Assembly (NCBI GenBank): GCA_026770705.1 | Contig: JANJGN010000036.1 | Coordinates: 1,860,001-1,924,000, forward strand | DNA: 64,000 nucleotides | Direction of reading: 5' to 3' | From: Isurus oxyrinchus | Lineage: Eukaryota | In this document: positions 25,456 to 35,099 of the stretch, piece after piece | Layout of the letters: every line of letters begins with the position of its first letter | Position numbering within the stretch: the first letter of the stretch is position 1 | Program-made: the position numbers and the translations under genes | The notes under the pieces: model-generated | The model's input: only the letters and a program-made list of their open reading frames with translations | Told to the model about the DNA's origin: nothing | Databases searched by the model: none

Positions 25456-26290
25456 CTTATAAGTCATTTTTTAATTTTCATATCTACAATAAACCTGATC
25501 TGATGCCTTTCATAAATCCAAATATTCCTCTATTTCTCTCTGTCCCTTGCTCAGTTTGTGTATGTGTGCGTGTGTGTATTTTTGTGTGTATGTGTGTGTT
25601 TGTGTGTGTGTGTGTGCCTCTTTCTGTGTGTCTGTGAGCATGTGTCTGTGCACCTCTTTCTGTGTGTATCTGTTTCNNNNNNNNNNNNNNNNNNNNNNNN
25701 NNNNNNNNNNNNNNNNNNNNNNNNNNNNNNNNNNNNNNNNNNNNNNNNNNNNNNNNNNNNNNNNNNNNNNNNNNNNNNNNNNNNNNNNNNNNNNNNNNNN
25801 NNNNNNNNNNNNCCTTTTGCTCTCTCCGACACACTGGAAGCCTTCACATACATCATTTGGCCATTTTAAGTTGATTCATGGTGGTCATTTTCACACAGAA
25901 ATTCTGTTTTTTCACAGCAAATCTTCCTTAATATTATACACAAATTGATGGAACATTGTAAAGGGAGCCTGCCCCTCTGTATAACCCTGTAGTGTACCTG
26001 TTTTGAAGGTGTCTGTTGGAAAGTGAAGAGGAAGCTTTACTCTGTTTATTACATGTGCTGCATCTATCGTGAGTGTGTCTGATGGGGACAGTGCAGAGAG
26101 AGATTTACTCTGTCTCTAACCCTGAGCGGTATCTGCCCTGGGAATGTTTGATAGGTCAGTATTGAGGGAGCTTTATCTGTGTCTAAACCCGTGGTGTGCC
26201 TTTCCTGGGAGTGTTTGAAGGGACAGTGTAGAGAGAGATTTTCTCTATTATTAACCCCGTGCTGCACCATCTCTGGGGGTATTTGTTGGC

Positions 26291-26880
26291 AACATTCTCA
26301 CCCAGCACGAAAGCATTCCACCAAGCAGGACTCACAAAGTGAAAATCAGTTTCCTTGTTTGATTCTCCTGGGTCTGTTCTGATTCTCCGATAGATACCTG
26401 GTGCTTATCCTCCACATGAGCAGTTGTCCTAATCCCGTGTACCTGTCCTGCTCCCAAACACGGCATCCGACTCCAATAATGCAAGTGATACAGGAACGTC
26501 TCAGTGAGTAAGACAGGTTAGTCTTGAGTCTGAGCAGGGTGTTTGTGAGTGACCCGGGTTAATCCGACACTCCAGGGACAGTTTAGACAGGTTGAGTGCT
26601 ACACAACTTTGCCAGAATGAGACCTGGATTCCAAGGGTTAAATGACAAAGTGAGATTGCACAATCTCGGGTTGTATTCCCTGAAATTAGCAGCATCAGGG
26701 GTGATTTGATCAAGTTGTCACAGTATGAGCCCTTTTCCTGTGTAACAACCTTTCGTCAGACAACTTATGGATTCATTCTTGAAAATCCAAGTATCCTTCC
26801 ATCACCAGCTCTCTGTCTCTCGCTCACCCTCTCGGGCTGTATCTCTCTCACCATCCCTCTGTCTGATGTTTAAAATTTTA
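26291..26880 (+). repeat. ~590-bp local duplication unit, copy 1 (copy 2 at ~29031-29630; partial copy 3 at ~53500-53770)
   Basis: Colinear matches, e.g. tggtgcttatcctccacatgagca, cagaatgagacctggattccaagggttaaatgacaaagt, acaacctttcgtcagaca. Confidence 0.85.
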
Positions 26881-26979
26881 AACCTCTTCACAGCTGCATT
26901 CACACAATACAGACAACAATGTGTGTTAGATTTTGGAAATGCTGCAAATGTTGTCAAACTCAGCACGCAGGGAAACATC

Positions 26980-27240
26980 TTAAATATGGAGAAGGGATCT
27001 CCCTCCATTTTAAATATGGAGAAGGGATCTTCCTCAATTTTAACGATGGAGAAGGGATCTCCCTCCATTTTAAATATGGAGAAGGGATCTTCCTCAATTT
27101 TAACGATGGAGAAGGGATCTCCCTCCATTTTAAAGATGGAGAAGGGATCTCCCTCCATCTTAAAGATGGAGAAGAGATCTCCCTCCATTTTAAACTTGGA
27201 TAAGTGATCTCCCTCCATTTTAAGTTTGAAAAGGGATTTT
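26980..27240. repeat. 30-bp quasi-palindromic minisatellite, array 2
   Basis: Same unit as 22050-22670. Confidence 0.9.
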
Positions 27241-30200
27241 TAATGTTCAGGGTTGTTCTTGCTCCATTTCGGCCCTTCTCTCTCTCTTTATCTTCCTCTC
27301 TCATTGTATGTTTTGCCCTCTCTCAACTCATCTCCCTGACTCTCTCACTACTCACCGGACCTCTTTTTCTTCGCTCACCCCTTCTCTCCCTCTCCCTCTC
27401 TTGCCATCCCTCTTCTCTCTCCCCTGTCTGTTTCTTTCTCTCTCTCTCTCATCCCAACACATTTCCTCTCTTTCACCCTGACTCTCTCTCTCTCTATCTC
27501 TCCATTTCTCTCTCTTGCCCTGTCTCTGTGTGTGTGTCTCTCTCTCCCTCTTGCCCAATCTTTCGCTCACATCCCACCACTTTTTCTCTCTTGCATGCCT
27601 CTCTGTCTCTCCCTAACTCTTGCCCCTTCCCCCTCTCTCACTCCTGCTCTGTCTCTCTCTCTTACCCTGTCTCATTCCTTCTGTCTCTCTCCAGCCCCTT
27701 TTCTCTGCCACCCTAAACCCTTAATTCTGTTTCTCTTTCTAGCTCCCCTCACTCCTTTAGCTATCGAACCTTCCCATCTATCTGTCTCTCTCTATCACTA
27801 CATCTCTTCTTCTGTCACTTAATCACGTCTCTTTAACTCTCTCCTTCACCCTGTCTCTCTGCCCCCTTTCCCTCTCAACCCGTCTCTCTGTCACTCTCTC
27901 TCTCTCACCCTGTCTCTCTGTCGCCCTCTCTCTGGCCCTGTCTCTCTCTCTCTTTCTCACCCATTCTCTCTCTGTCTCTCTCTCATTGTCCCTCTCCCTT
28001 TCCCTGTCCCTTTTTATCCAAAATTGGATGTGAAGATGAAGGGAAAATATTTTCAGGGTGATGGAGAAAGGGCAGAGGAGTGCATTGTACAGTATGTGTG
28101 AATGTGTCTCTGTAAGTGTGTATGTGTGTTGTTGTCAGCGTGTGTCNNNNNNNNNNNNNNNNNNNNNNNNNNNNNNNNNNNNNNNNNNNNNNNNNNNNNN
28201 NNNNNNNNNNNNNNNNNNNNNNNNNNNNNNNNNNNNNNNNNNNNNNNNNNNNNNNNNNNNNNNNNNNNNNNNNNNNNNNNNNNNNNNNNNNNNNNNNNNN
28301 NNNNNNNNNNNNNNNNNNNNNNNNNNNNNNNNNNNNNNNNNNNNNNTCTGTTGTGTCTTCTGACGAATCTCCCAGTCTCCTGTCAATTCCTGCCCTGCCT
28401 GGTGAAGACATCTAAAGAATTCAAGTTAAATACAAACTCATTTCCCTCCCTCCCCTCTGTACTCAGTTTATAATCCGTGCTGTCCCAGTCCTGTGAGTGT
28501 TTGATGGGGAGAGTGTGGAGTGAGATTTACTCTGTATCTAACCCCGTGCTGTACTTGTCCTGGGAGTGTAAGATGGGGACAGTTCAGAGTGCTATTTAAG
28601 ATGCTTCGAACCCTTTGCTGTACATGGCCTGAGAGTGTTTGATGTGCACAGGTTAGTGGCAATTTTGCCTGTCTGTAATCCCATGTTGTAACAGCTCTGG
28701 GAGTGTTTAAGGAGACATTGTAGGTGGAGATTCATTCTGTATCTAACACTGTGCTGCATATGCCCTGTGAGTGTTTTATCCAGGGAGGTTAACTCTGTAT
28801 CTAAACTCATGCTGTAGCTCTCCTGAGAGTGTTCGATGAGGACAATTTAGATGGAACTTTACTCTGTATCTAATCTCATACTGTACATGTCCTGGGACAG
28901 TTTCACAGGCTAGCTTGGACAGACAGAGCTTTCCTCTGTACCAAACCTATGCAATATATGAGCTGGGAATTTTGATGGGACAGTGTAAATGGAGAGGTCT
29001 GGGATATCTTCATGTGGAGGAGATAACATCTCACATTCTCACCCAACACAAAAGCATTCCACAAAGCAGGGCTCACAAATTGAACATGAGTTTCTGGGTT
29101 TTCTTGTTTGATTATTCCTGGTCTGTTCTGATTCTCTGATAGTTTTGTGGTGCTTATCCTCCACATGAGCAGTCGTTCTAATCCCTGGTACCTGCTCTGC
29201 TCCAAAACACACCATCTGACTGCAATAAGGCAAGTGATACAGGGGCGTCTCAGTGAGTGAGACATGTGAATCTTGAGCCTGACCCAGGTGTATGTGAGTG
29301 ACTCCGGTTAATCCGACACTACAGGGACAGTTTAGGCAGTTTGAGTGCAATGCAGCTTTGGCAGAATGAGACCTGGATTCCAAGGGTTAAATGACAAAGT
29401 GAGGATTGCACAATCTCGGGTTGTATTGCCTGAAATTTAGCAGCATCAGGGATGATTTGACCAAGCTGTCACAGTATGAACCCTTTTCCTGTGAAACAAC
29501 CTTTCGTCAGACACCTTATGGAATCCCTTTTGAAAATCCAAGTATCCATCCATCACTAGCTCTCTGTCTCTCGCTCACCCTCTGGGGCTGTATCTCTCTC
29601 ACCATCTCTTTGTCTGATGTTTAAAATTTTTCTCTCATCTCATTTTGGATGTGTGGCAATAACAATTGTGAAACAATATTCTAAATCTGCTTTAACTGTA
29701 TTTACTGCGCATGTTCGCAACTTGTCAGAGACAGAGAAAAAAAGAGAGAGAAGGGGAGAGGAAGACAGAGAGGGAAGGAGAAATTGAGTTAGAAATGGAG
29801 AGGGAGAGAGAAGGGAATGAATGTGAGGGGGGAGAGAAAGAGAAAAGTACAGAGAGAGAGAGAAGGAAGTATAGACGGACGGAGAGTGAGGAGAAACTTC
29901 CATGGAAATCCTATTTTCTGATCAGTGATCTCCTTCAGAATTACAATCACATCAGTCAAACAGGATTTCCCTTTAACAAAACTATACTGGCGTCCACTGC
30001 TCAGATCACATTGCTGAAGACTCCATCCACCCTATCCTTAATGACAGATTCTGAAAGCTCCCCCACAAATGGCGATACACTGAGAGGTCGGTGGTTACCT
30101 GGTCGTCCTTTCCCCCGCCCCTCTTAAGCCTGTCAGATCGGAAAGATTGTGTATAGTTCCCGACACCTCATTACATAAAGCATCCATTGGAAGGGGCGCA

Positions 30201-30299
30201 GCACAGATTAACCATCGTGTTACTGGGAGTCCATGGTTTAAATTACGAGGGGGAGTTACATAGTTTGGCTTCCCTGAACTGGGGATTATTAAGGGAGGA

Positions 30300-30500
30300 T
30301 ATGAGAGAGATTTTGAGCATTTGGGAAAAAGTAAAGGGGTAAATAGAGAGAAAATACTCTCTTGATAAGGGGGACGTCCAAAACCAGGAGACATGTCTTT
30401 AAAATGAATAAATCCAATGGGGAATTCAGGAGAAACTTATTAAACCAGAGAGTGGTTAGAATGTGGAATTCGCTCCCCAGGGAGCGGTTGAGTCCGACGC
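30300..30500 (+). mobile_element. Old CR1 3' fragment
   Basis: ggaattcaggagaaacttattaaaccagagagtggttagaatgtggaattcgctcccc. Confidence 0.65.
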
Positions 30501-30797
30501 ACAGACACATATTTCCCTATTTCTCTTTTATGTAATTCTATGTATTATTGCCTGAGCTGCCATTATTCTCTATCAGTCCTCTCAACGTCTCTTTAAGTGT
30601 TGAATAATAATGGAGAACTCTTAAGTTCATGGCTGTATTTCATGTTTATTCGGAGCTTCTGTTCACAAACACTACAAGGTCGTTGTCTAAAGAGGGAATT
30701 TATTCCCATTCTACAAGCAGAGAGAATTTACACTGGGGACAATTCGACAGGATATTTCGAGTCACAAAGTCGGACACTCATTTCACTCGCTTCCGAT

Positions 30798-30803
30798 TTT
30801 ATT
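30798..30803 (-). terminator. Polyadenylation signal of the Ig light-chain gene
   Basis: AATAAA on the - strand about 145 nt after the C-exon stop codon. Confidence 0.7.
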
Positions 30804-30947
30804 CAACATTCAGGTTGTTCGCCAAAACCTGACATTGCCACAGCCACTACATTGCAGTAAAAAAGAGGCACGTTTTGCACACATGGAATCTTCTGCGGAA
30901 TTACAAGAAACATGAATAAATGAAACTCTAACTCCAACAAAAGTCTC

Positions 30948-31276
30948 TCAGAGTGAGCAATCGCTGAAGCTGATGGTGTTGAGAAGGGGTGAGTTCAGGG
31001 AGCCGTGGCTGACACTGCAGGAATATCTGGAGCCCTTCTTCCAGTCAGTGGCTGGGACTCTCAGGTAACTGCTCAGGCTGTAGGTTTGATCGCTGTCCGG
31101 GGACACAACGCTTGTCCTCACTCCGCTGTCTGTCTCTTTGCCATCCACACTCCAGAGGACCCGCACGAAACCCGGCTTAAAGCCACTCACCAGGCAGGAC
31201 AGAGTGGCCGAACCTGAGTCTATCTCTTTCGAAGAAGGAGGGAGAAGAAGGACGGATGGCCTTCGATCCTCAGTAC
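30948..31276 (-). CDS. Immunoglobulin light chain constant (C) exon, shark type I / NS5 (sigma-cart) isotype
   Basis: Acceptor ...ctctcacacacacAG. Encodes (S)TEDRRPSVLLLPPSSKEIDSGSATLSCLVSGFKPGFVRVLWSVDG...YSLSSYLRVPATDWKKGSRYSCSVSHGSL...SDCSL*. C1-set Cys, Trp, Cys and a C-terminal interchain Cys are present; phase fits the J donor. Confidence 0.95.
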
Positions 31277-31279
31277 CTG

Positions 31280-31965
31280 TGTGTGTGAGAGAGTACAGAA
31301 AATATATTAATATAAAGAACACTCTGACCTTGCATTTGGAGAGAGAGAGGGGAGAATGCCCCTTAACGTATAGAAAACACTGACGTGTGTGTGAGAAAGA
31401 CAGGAAGAAATTCATTACTATATAGGAGGCTTTGACCTGTTTTTATCTTAGAAAGAAAGTTCATTTAAACACATAACACTCTTATCTATGTGCGCACGTG
31501 TGTGTGCGTGTGTGTGTATGTGAGAGAGAGAGAGAGAGAGAAAGAGACATGGAGAGATTCATTATATAGGAGGCTTTGACCTTCCTGTGTCTTTGAAAGA
31601 AAATTCATTCAAACACATAACATTCGTATCTATGTGTGCATATGTGTGTGTGAGAGAGAGAAAAATAAATAAGTCATTAATATAGAGAACACTCTGACCT
31701 GTGTGTTTGTGTGCGTGTGTGAGAGAGACGGAGAGGGGAGAGAGTGAGAGAGAGAGAAAGAAAGAGAGAAAGAGTTCTGTAATATGTAGAACACTGTTGA
31801 ACTCTGCGTATGCGAGAGAGGGAGGAGAGAAAATGTATTCATATATAGAACACTCTGATCCCTGTGTGTGTGTGCACATTTTTGTGTGAGATGGAAATAG
31901 TTCATTAATATAAGGCAAGCTCTGACCTGCGCATGTGTGAGTGAGAAAAAATCTCATTAATACAT
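31280..31965 (-). repeat. Degenerate tandem repeat in the J-C intron resembling the C-exon acceptor region
   Basis: Recurrent ...cacacAGGTCAGAGtgttct(c)tatattaatga on the - strand (plus-strand tctgacct at 31323, 31693, 31921; tttgacct at ~31431, ~31575). Confidence 0.7.
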
Positions 31966-32620
31966 AGATCTCGCTGATCTGAAATCGGACTGGACGCCAA
32001 AAGTCAATCACGAATCATTTTAACTTTAACTTAAATTATTGATTAATACACGTGTTCCAACAACTTCTTATTCCCATAATTCCCTGTCCAATCTTTAAAT
32101 CCCTTTGCTGACATTGTAACAGTGACTAGGTAAATAATAGTTCGTTGCTTATTAATCTTTTGGGCGCCTTGGGGGGTGCTGAAGGCTCTGGAGGAAACTC
32201 AAAGAATCAGAGGCTGACCCAGCAAAATAAGAGGTCATGCGGCTCCTCACGCCTCTGCTAGTTCTTGTAAGAGCTTTCCAAGTAATCCCACTCACCGCCT
32301 CTGCTTGCAAAGCACTGCAATTTTTCCTTTCAAGTATATATCGACTTACACTTTTGAAAGTATCTATAGAATCTACATCCACCTGCCTTTCTGGAAGCCT
32401 GTTCTTTCATAATTTAATTTATAATTTGACCCTGATTCTCTCGTTATTTTCTCCCGGTGCAGTTCAATTCCAAGTCTGACTCAATTAACAATTCTGGATA
32501 TAAATTGATCGGATCAAAATTTACGAAATGGGGATTTGACATCCGCTGGAGAATGATGTCGCCTCTAAATTAATAATAATTAAAATAATGTGAGTTAGAG
32601 AGAGAGGGGGAATCACTTAC

Positions 32621-32657
32621 TCCGAACATTCAAGGTGGTCCCACCTCCGAAGATCCA
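32621..32657 (-). CDS. Ig light chain J segment
   Basis: WIFGGGTTLNVR+A with the FGxG motif, followed by a GTAAGT donor (32620). Confidence 0.95.
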
Positions 32658-32696
32658 CACAGAGCGGCGGTGCAATCGGACGGGTCATCTGAAACT
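32658..32696 (+). promoter_or_regulatory. J recombination signal sequence, 23-bp spacer, non-consensus
   Basis: Heptamer CACAGAG (32658-32664), exactly 23-nt spacer, nonamer TCTGAAACT (32688-32696). Confidence 0.85.
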
Positions 32697-32882
32697 CAGG
32701 CTGCGGGGAAAAGTACAGGATGAAATATTAATAACCTCTCTTTTATCACATTCCCTGTCACATTCTGCCTTTCACATGGTCTAGAACACAGAGAACAGGA
32801 GAGATATTTCAAAAATAGCGTGAAACCCTGATAATAGTCATCGTTACTGACCAGGGTAATATTGAGAACCGCTATTGAGAAA

Positions 32883-32890
32883 ATGCAAAT
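32883..32890 (-). promoter_or_regulatory. Octamer motif inside the V-J intervening DNA
   Basis: Exact ATTTGCAT on the - strand, same orientation as the V promoter octamer. Confidence 0.5.
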
Positions 32891-33015
32891 TAACCCTTGG
32901 AATCTCAGTTAAATTTCTCAAGAACTTACACAAGGAACACTTTGGAAGTTGATGACATATTCTCGGCCAGGAACACTGCAGCTGCTGTTGTAATTCTGAG
33001 CGGTTTTCTACATAC

Positions 33016-33043
33016 AGTTTTTGTATGGCTCTGTCTCACTGTG
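33016..33043 (-). promoter_or_regulatory. V recombination signal sequence, 12-bp spacer
   Basis: CACAGTG + AGACAGAGCCAT (12 nt) + ACAAAAACT directly after the V coding end. Confidence 0.95.
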
Positions 33044-33369
33044 CAAGCCTGCTGAGCTATCCCAGACCTGACAGTAATAGACGGCGGAGTCACCGGACTC
33101 CAGGCTTCCAATGGTCAGAATGAAATTGTTCCTGGAGGTATCTCTCGGAGGTTGAAAACGGTCGGTGAAGCCGGTGCCTCGAGAGACGCTGCCATCTTTG
33201 CTGTGCTTTAGCACCCAGACGGGAGCTTCACCGGGTCGCTGCCGGTACCAGCGCACATTGAAGCTCCCCACATTCCCGTTCTGCATCCCGCACTGTAATC
33301 GGGCGGTCTGACCAGCGGAGACTGGGTCGGAAATTGGGGACTGATTGAGGACGGGAACCGCCAGGACAC
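33044..33369 (-). CDS. Ig light chain variable (V) exon, type I / NS5 (sigma-cart)
   Basis: (G)VLAVPVLNQSPISDPVSAGQTARLQC...VRWYRQRPGEAP...GTGFTDRF...LTIGSLESGDSAVYYCQVWDSSAGL. V-set Cys, Trp and DxAxYYC are intact. Acceptor tttttaattgaAG at 33370-33371. Confidence 0.95.
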
Positions 33370-33515
33370 CTTCAATTAAAAAGAGACAAAAGAAAATATT
33401 CAATAATCTGGAGCAAATCTGTCGTTAATGCATCAATAAACATGGGTCTTTACCGGACCGTTCTCGGTGTTTAACGGATTCTCTGTAATCAAAACCCACT
33501 CCTCCAATATCTGAC

Positions 33516-33564
33516 CTGTTAAATGGAGCAGCAGAGCCCACACGAGATGCAGCACTGGAGCCAT
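33516..33564 (-). CDS. Ig light chain leader (signal peptide) exon
   Basis: MAPVLHLVWALLLHLT+G, phase-1 donor GTCAGA; the 146-nt intron splices in frame to the V exon. Confidence 0.9.
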
Positions 33565-33668
33565 TTCCTCTGGATGAGCGCCTGCCCAAATTTCCCACTG
33601 TACCGGTTGTTGTCAACTCCGAGAGCGGCTCCGGTTCCAGTGCCAGTTTTACCGAACACTCCAGCTCC

Positions 33669-33690
33669 ATTTATGTAGCAGAATGCAAAT
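33669..33690 (-). promoter_or_regulatory. Ig V promoter: octamer plus TATA-like element
   Basis: ATTTGCAT (33683-33690, light-chain orientation) about 120 nt upstream of the leader ATG, followed by TACATAAAT. Confidence 0.85.
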
Positions 33691-33852
33691 GAGTGGGAGC
33701 GGCCAGGGAAACGGTGCAGGCGAATTTACATTTCGAGTTGTTTTTTTTTGGCTGGTAAAGTTATTGTTAAAATCTTAACCTTTGATTTATAAATATTTAA
33801 TCTGCAATTGGAATTTCTGTTTTGGGAAGATTCCAATATTTCTAAGATCATT

Positions 33853-33908
33853 GCATATATATACATATATATTATGTATATATATATGTGTATATATATA
33901 TATATATA
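33853..33908. repeat. (TA)n-rich microsatellite
   Basis: Interrupted TA run. Confidence 0.9.
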
Positions 33909-34124
33909 TTTCTGCCGCCCCTGAAGATTATCTCACTTCAATGTTACATCATTATTTAACAAATATGCATTTGCTTTCAAACTTATATCTCCCGCCAACC
34001 CATCCATCAAGAATTTAATGCATTTCCCTTTGGCCCCCAATTACTTGATATAAATTAGATTGAATTTCACTTTTAGAAAGACGAATCAAAACTCAGCATG
34101 GAGACATTGAGGTATACACCAGGG

Positions 34125-34470
34125 AGATTTGGAGTCATGGCAGAGCCTTATTGAAACATATAATATTCTAGGGACGGTGGGATTTGACAGGGCAGGTGCT
34201 GTGAGAATGCTTCCCTTTGTGGGGTCACAATTTCAAATTAAGGGGTACACAATTTAGAAATTAGATGGGGTTTCAACTGCCAGCAGTGGAGCCTGGGTCA
34301 TTGGCTATGTTCAAAGCTGAGTTAGATATATGATTGATTTACAAGGGAGTCAAGGGTTATGGGGGCAGACAGGTAAGTAGAGTTGAAACAACAACCAGAT
34401 CAAACATGATCTTATTGACTGGTGGAGTGGGTTTGAGGGGCTGAATAGCCGGCTCCTGCATGCGTTCTTA
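34125..34470 (+). mobile_element. CR1 3' fragment
   Basis: cttattgaaacatataatattct ... gttcaaagctgagttagata ... tttgaggggctgaatagcc. Confidence 0.75.
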
Positions 34471-35099
34471 TGTCCCAGAAACTTCTGACCCTGCCGTCTT
34501 TTAAGTCACACAGGGTTTGCAAGGAGAACTATACACGTTAAAATGAAGCAATGGAAAGGCAAAATGTCATTTAAAAATATTGTGCCAACTTTTAACGACC
34601 TTGTAGTGCTTTAGAATGAGCAACTCAGGCTATGCTGTATCAAATTCCCTCTGCTCAGTATCAGGATCTATCATGTCGCTTTCCCCCTCCCTATGCAGAG
34701 TTATTCAATCTCTCTGGGAGTTTCAACTACTTAATTAAGAATCTGGTTTTCAGAAGATTGAAATAGCTGCTTTTCATGGAGCGTTATAAAGACACCTTCC
34801 TCAGTACTGTTTTACTCCACATTGAGAGCTGGTGAATGAGATAGTTATAAGCGTTCATTTCTATCTAAGTGGAGATTGTTTTCCTGGTTTTTCCCTTTAA
34901 TTTAGCATTTAAGTAACATTACTCCATAAGTTAGAAGTTAAGTTTTATTCCGGCCTTAAAACAGGGGTATGCCAGCTTCCTGGGAGAGCTGCAGCTATTT
35001 AATTAAGTAGCAAGATTAAGCTGGATTTCAGATCACTGAATTAGTTGCTTTCCAGGGTGTGAGGACTTCCTCAGTGCTGCCCTGTTTGCACTGAGTGCT

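Noticed and set aside
26767-27304. ORFs encoding MEKGSPSILK / MEGDPFSIFK repeats
   Set aside because: By-product of a 30-bp unit without stop codons; no splice or promoter support, and other arrays are frameshifted.
22619-28473. ORFs running through X stretches
   Set aside because: Artefacts of N gaps.
30948-31415. 155-aa ORF as a stand-alone gene starting MNFFLSF
   Set aside because: The N-terminal part is J-C intron; the real exon starts at 31276.
33008-33403. 131-aa ORF as a single-exon or germline-joined V gene
   Set aside because: It begins in the leader intron and reads through the RSS (HSETEPYKN); V and J are separated by intact RSSs.
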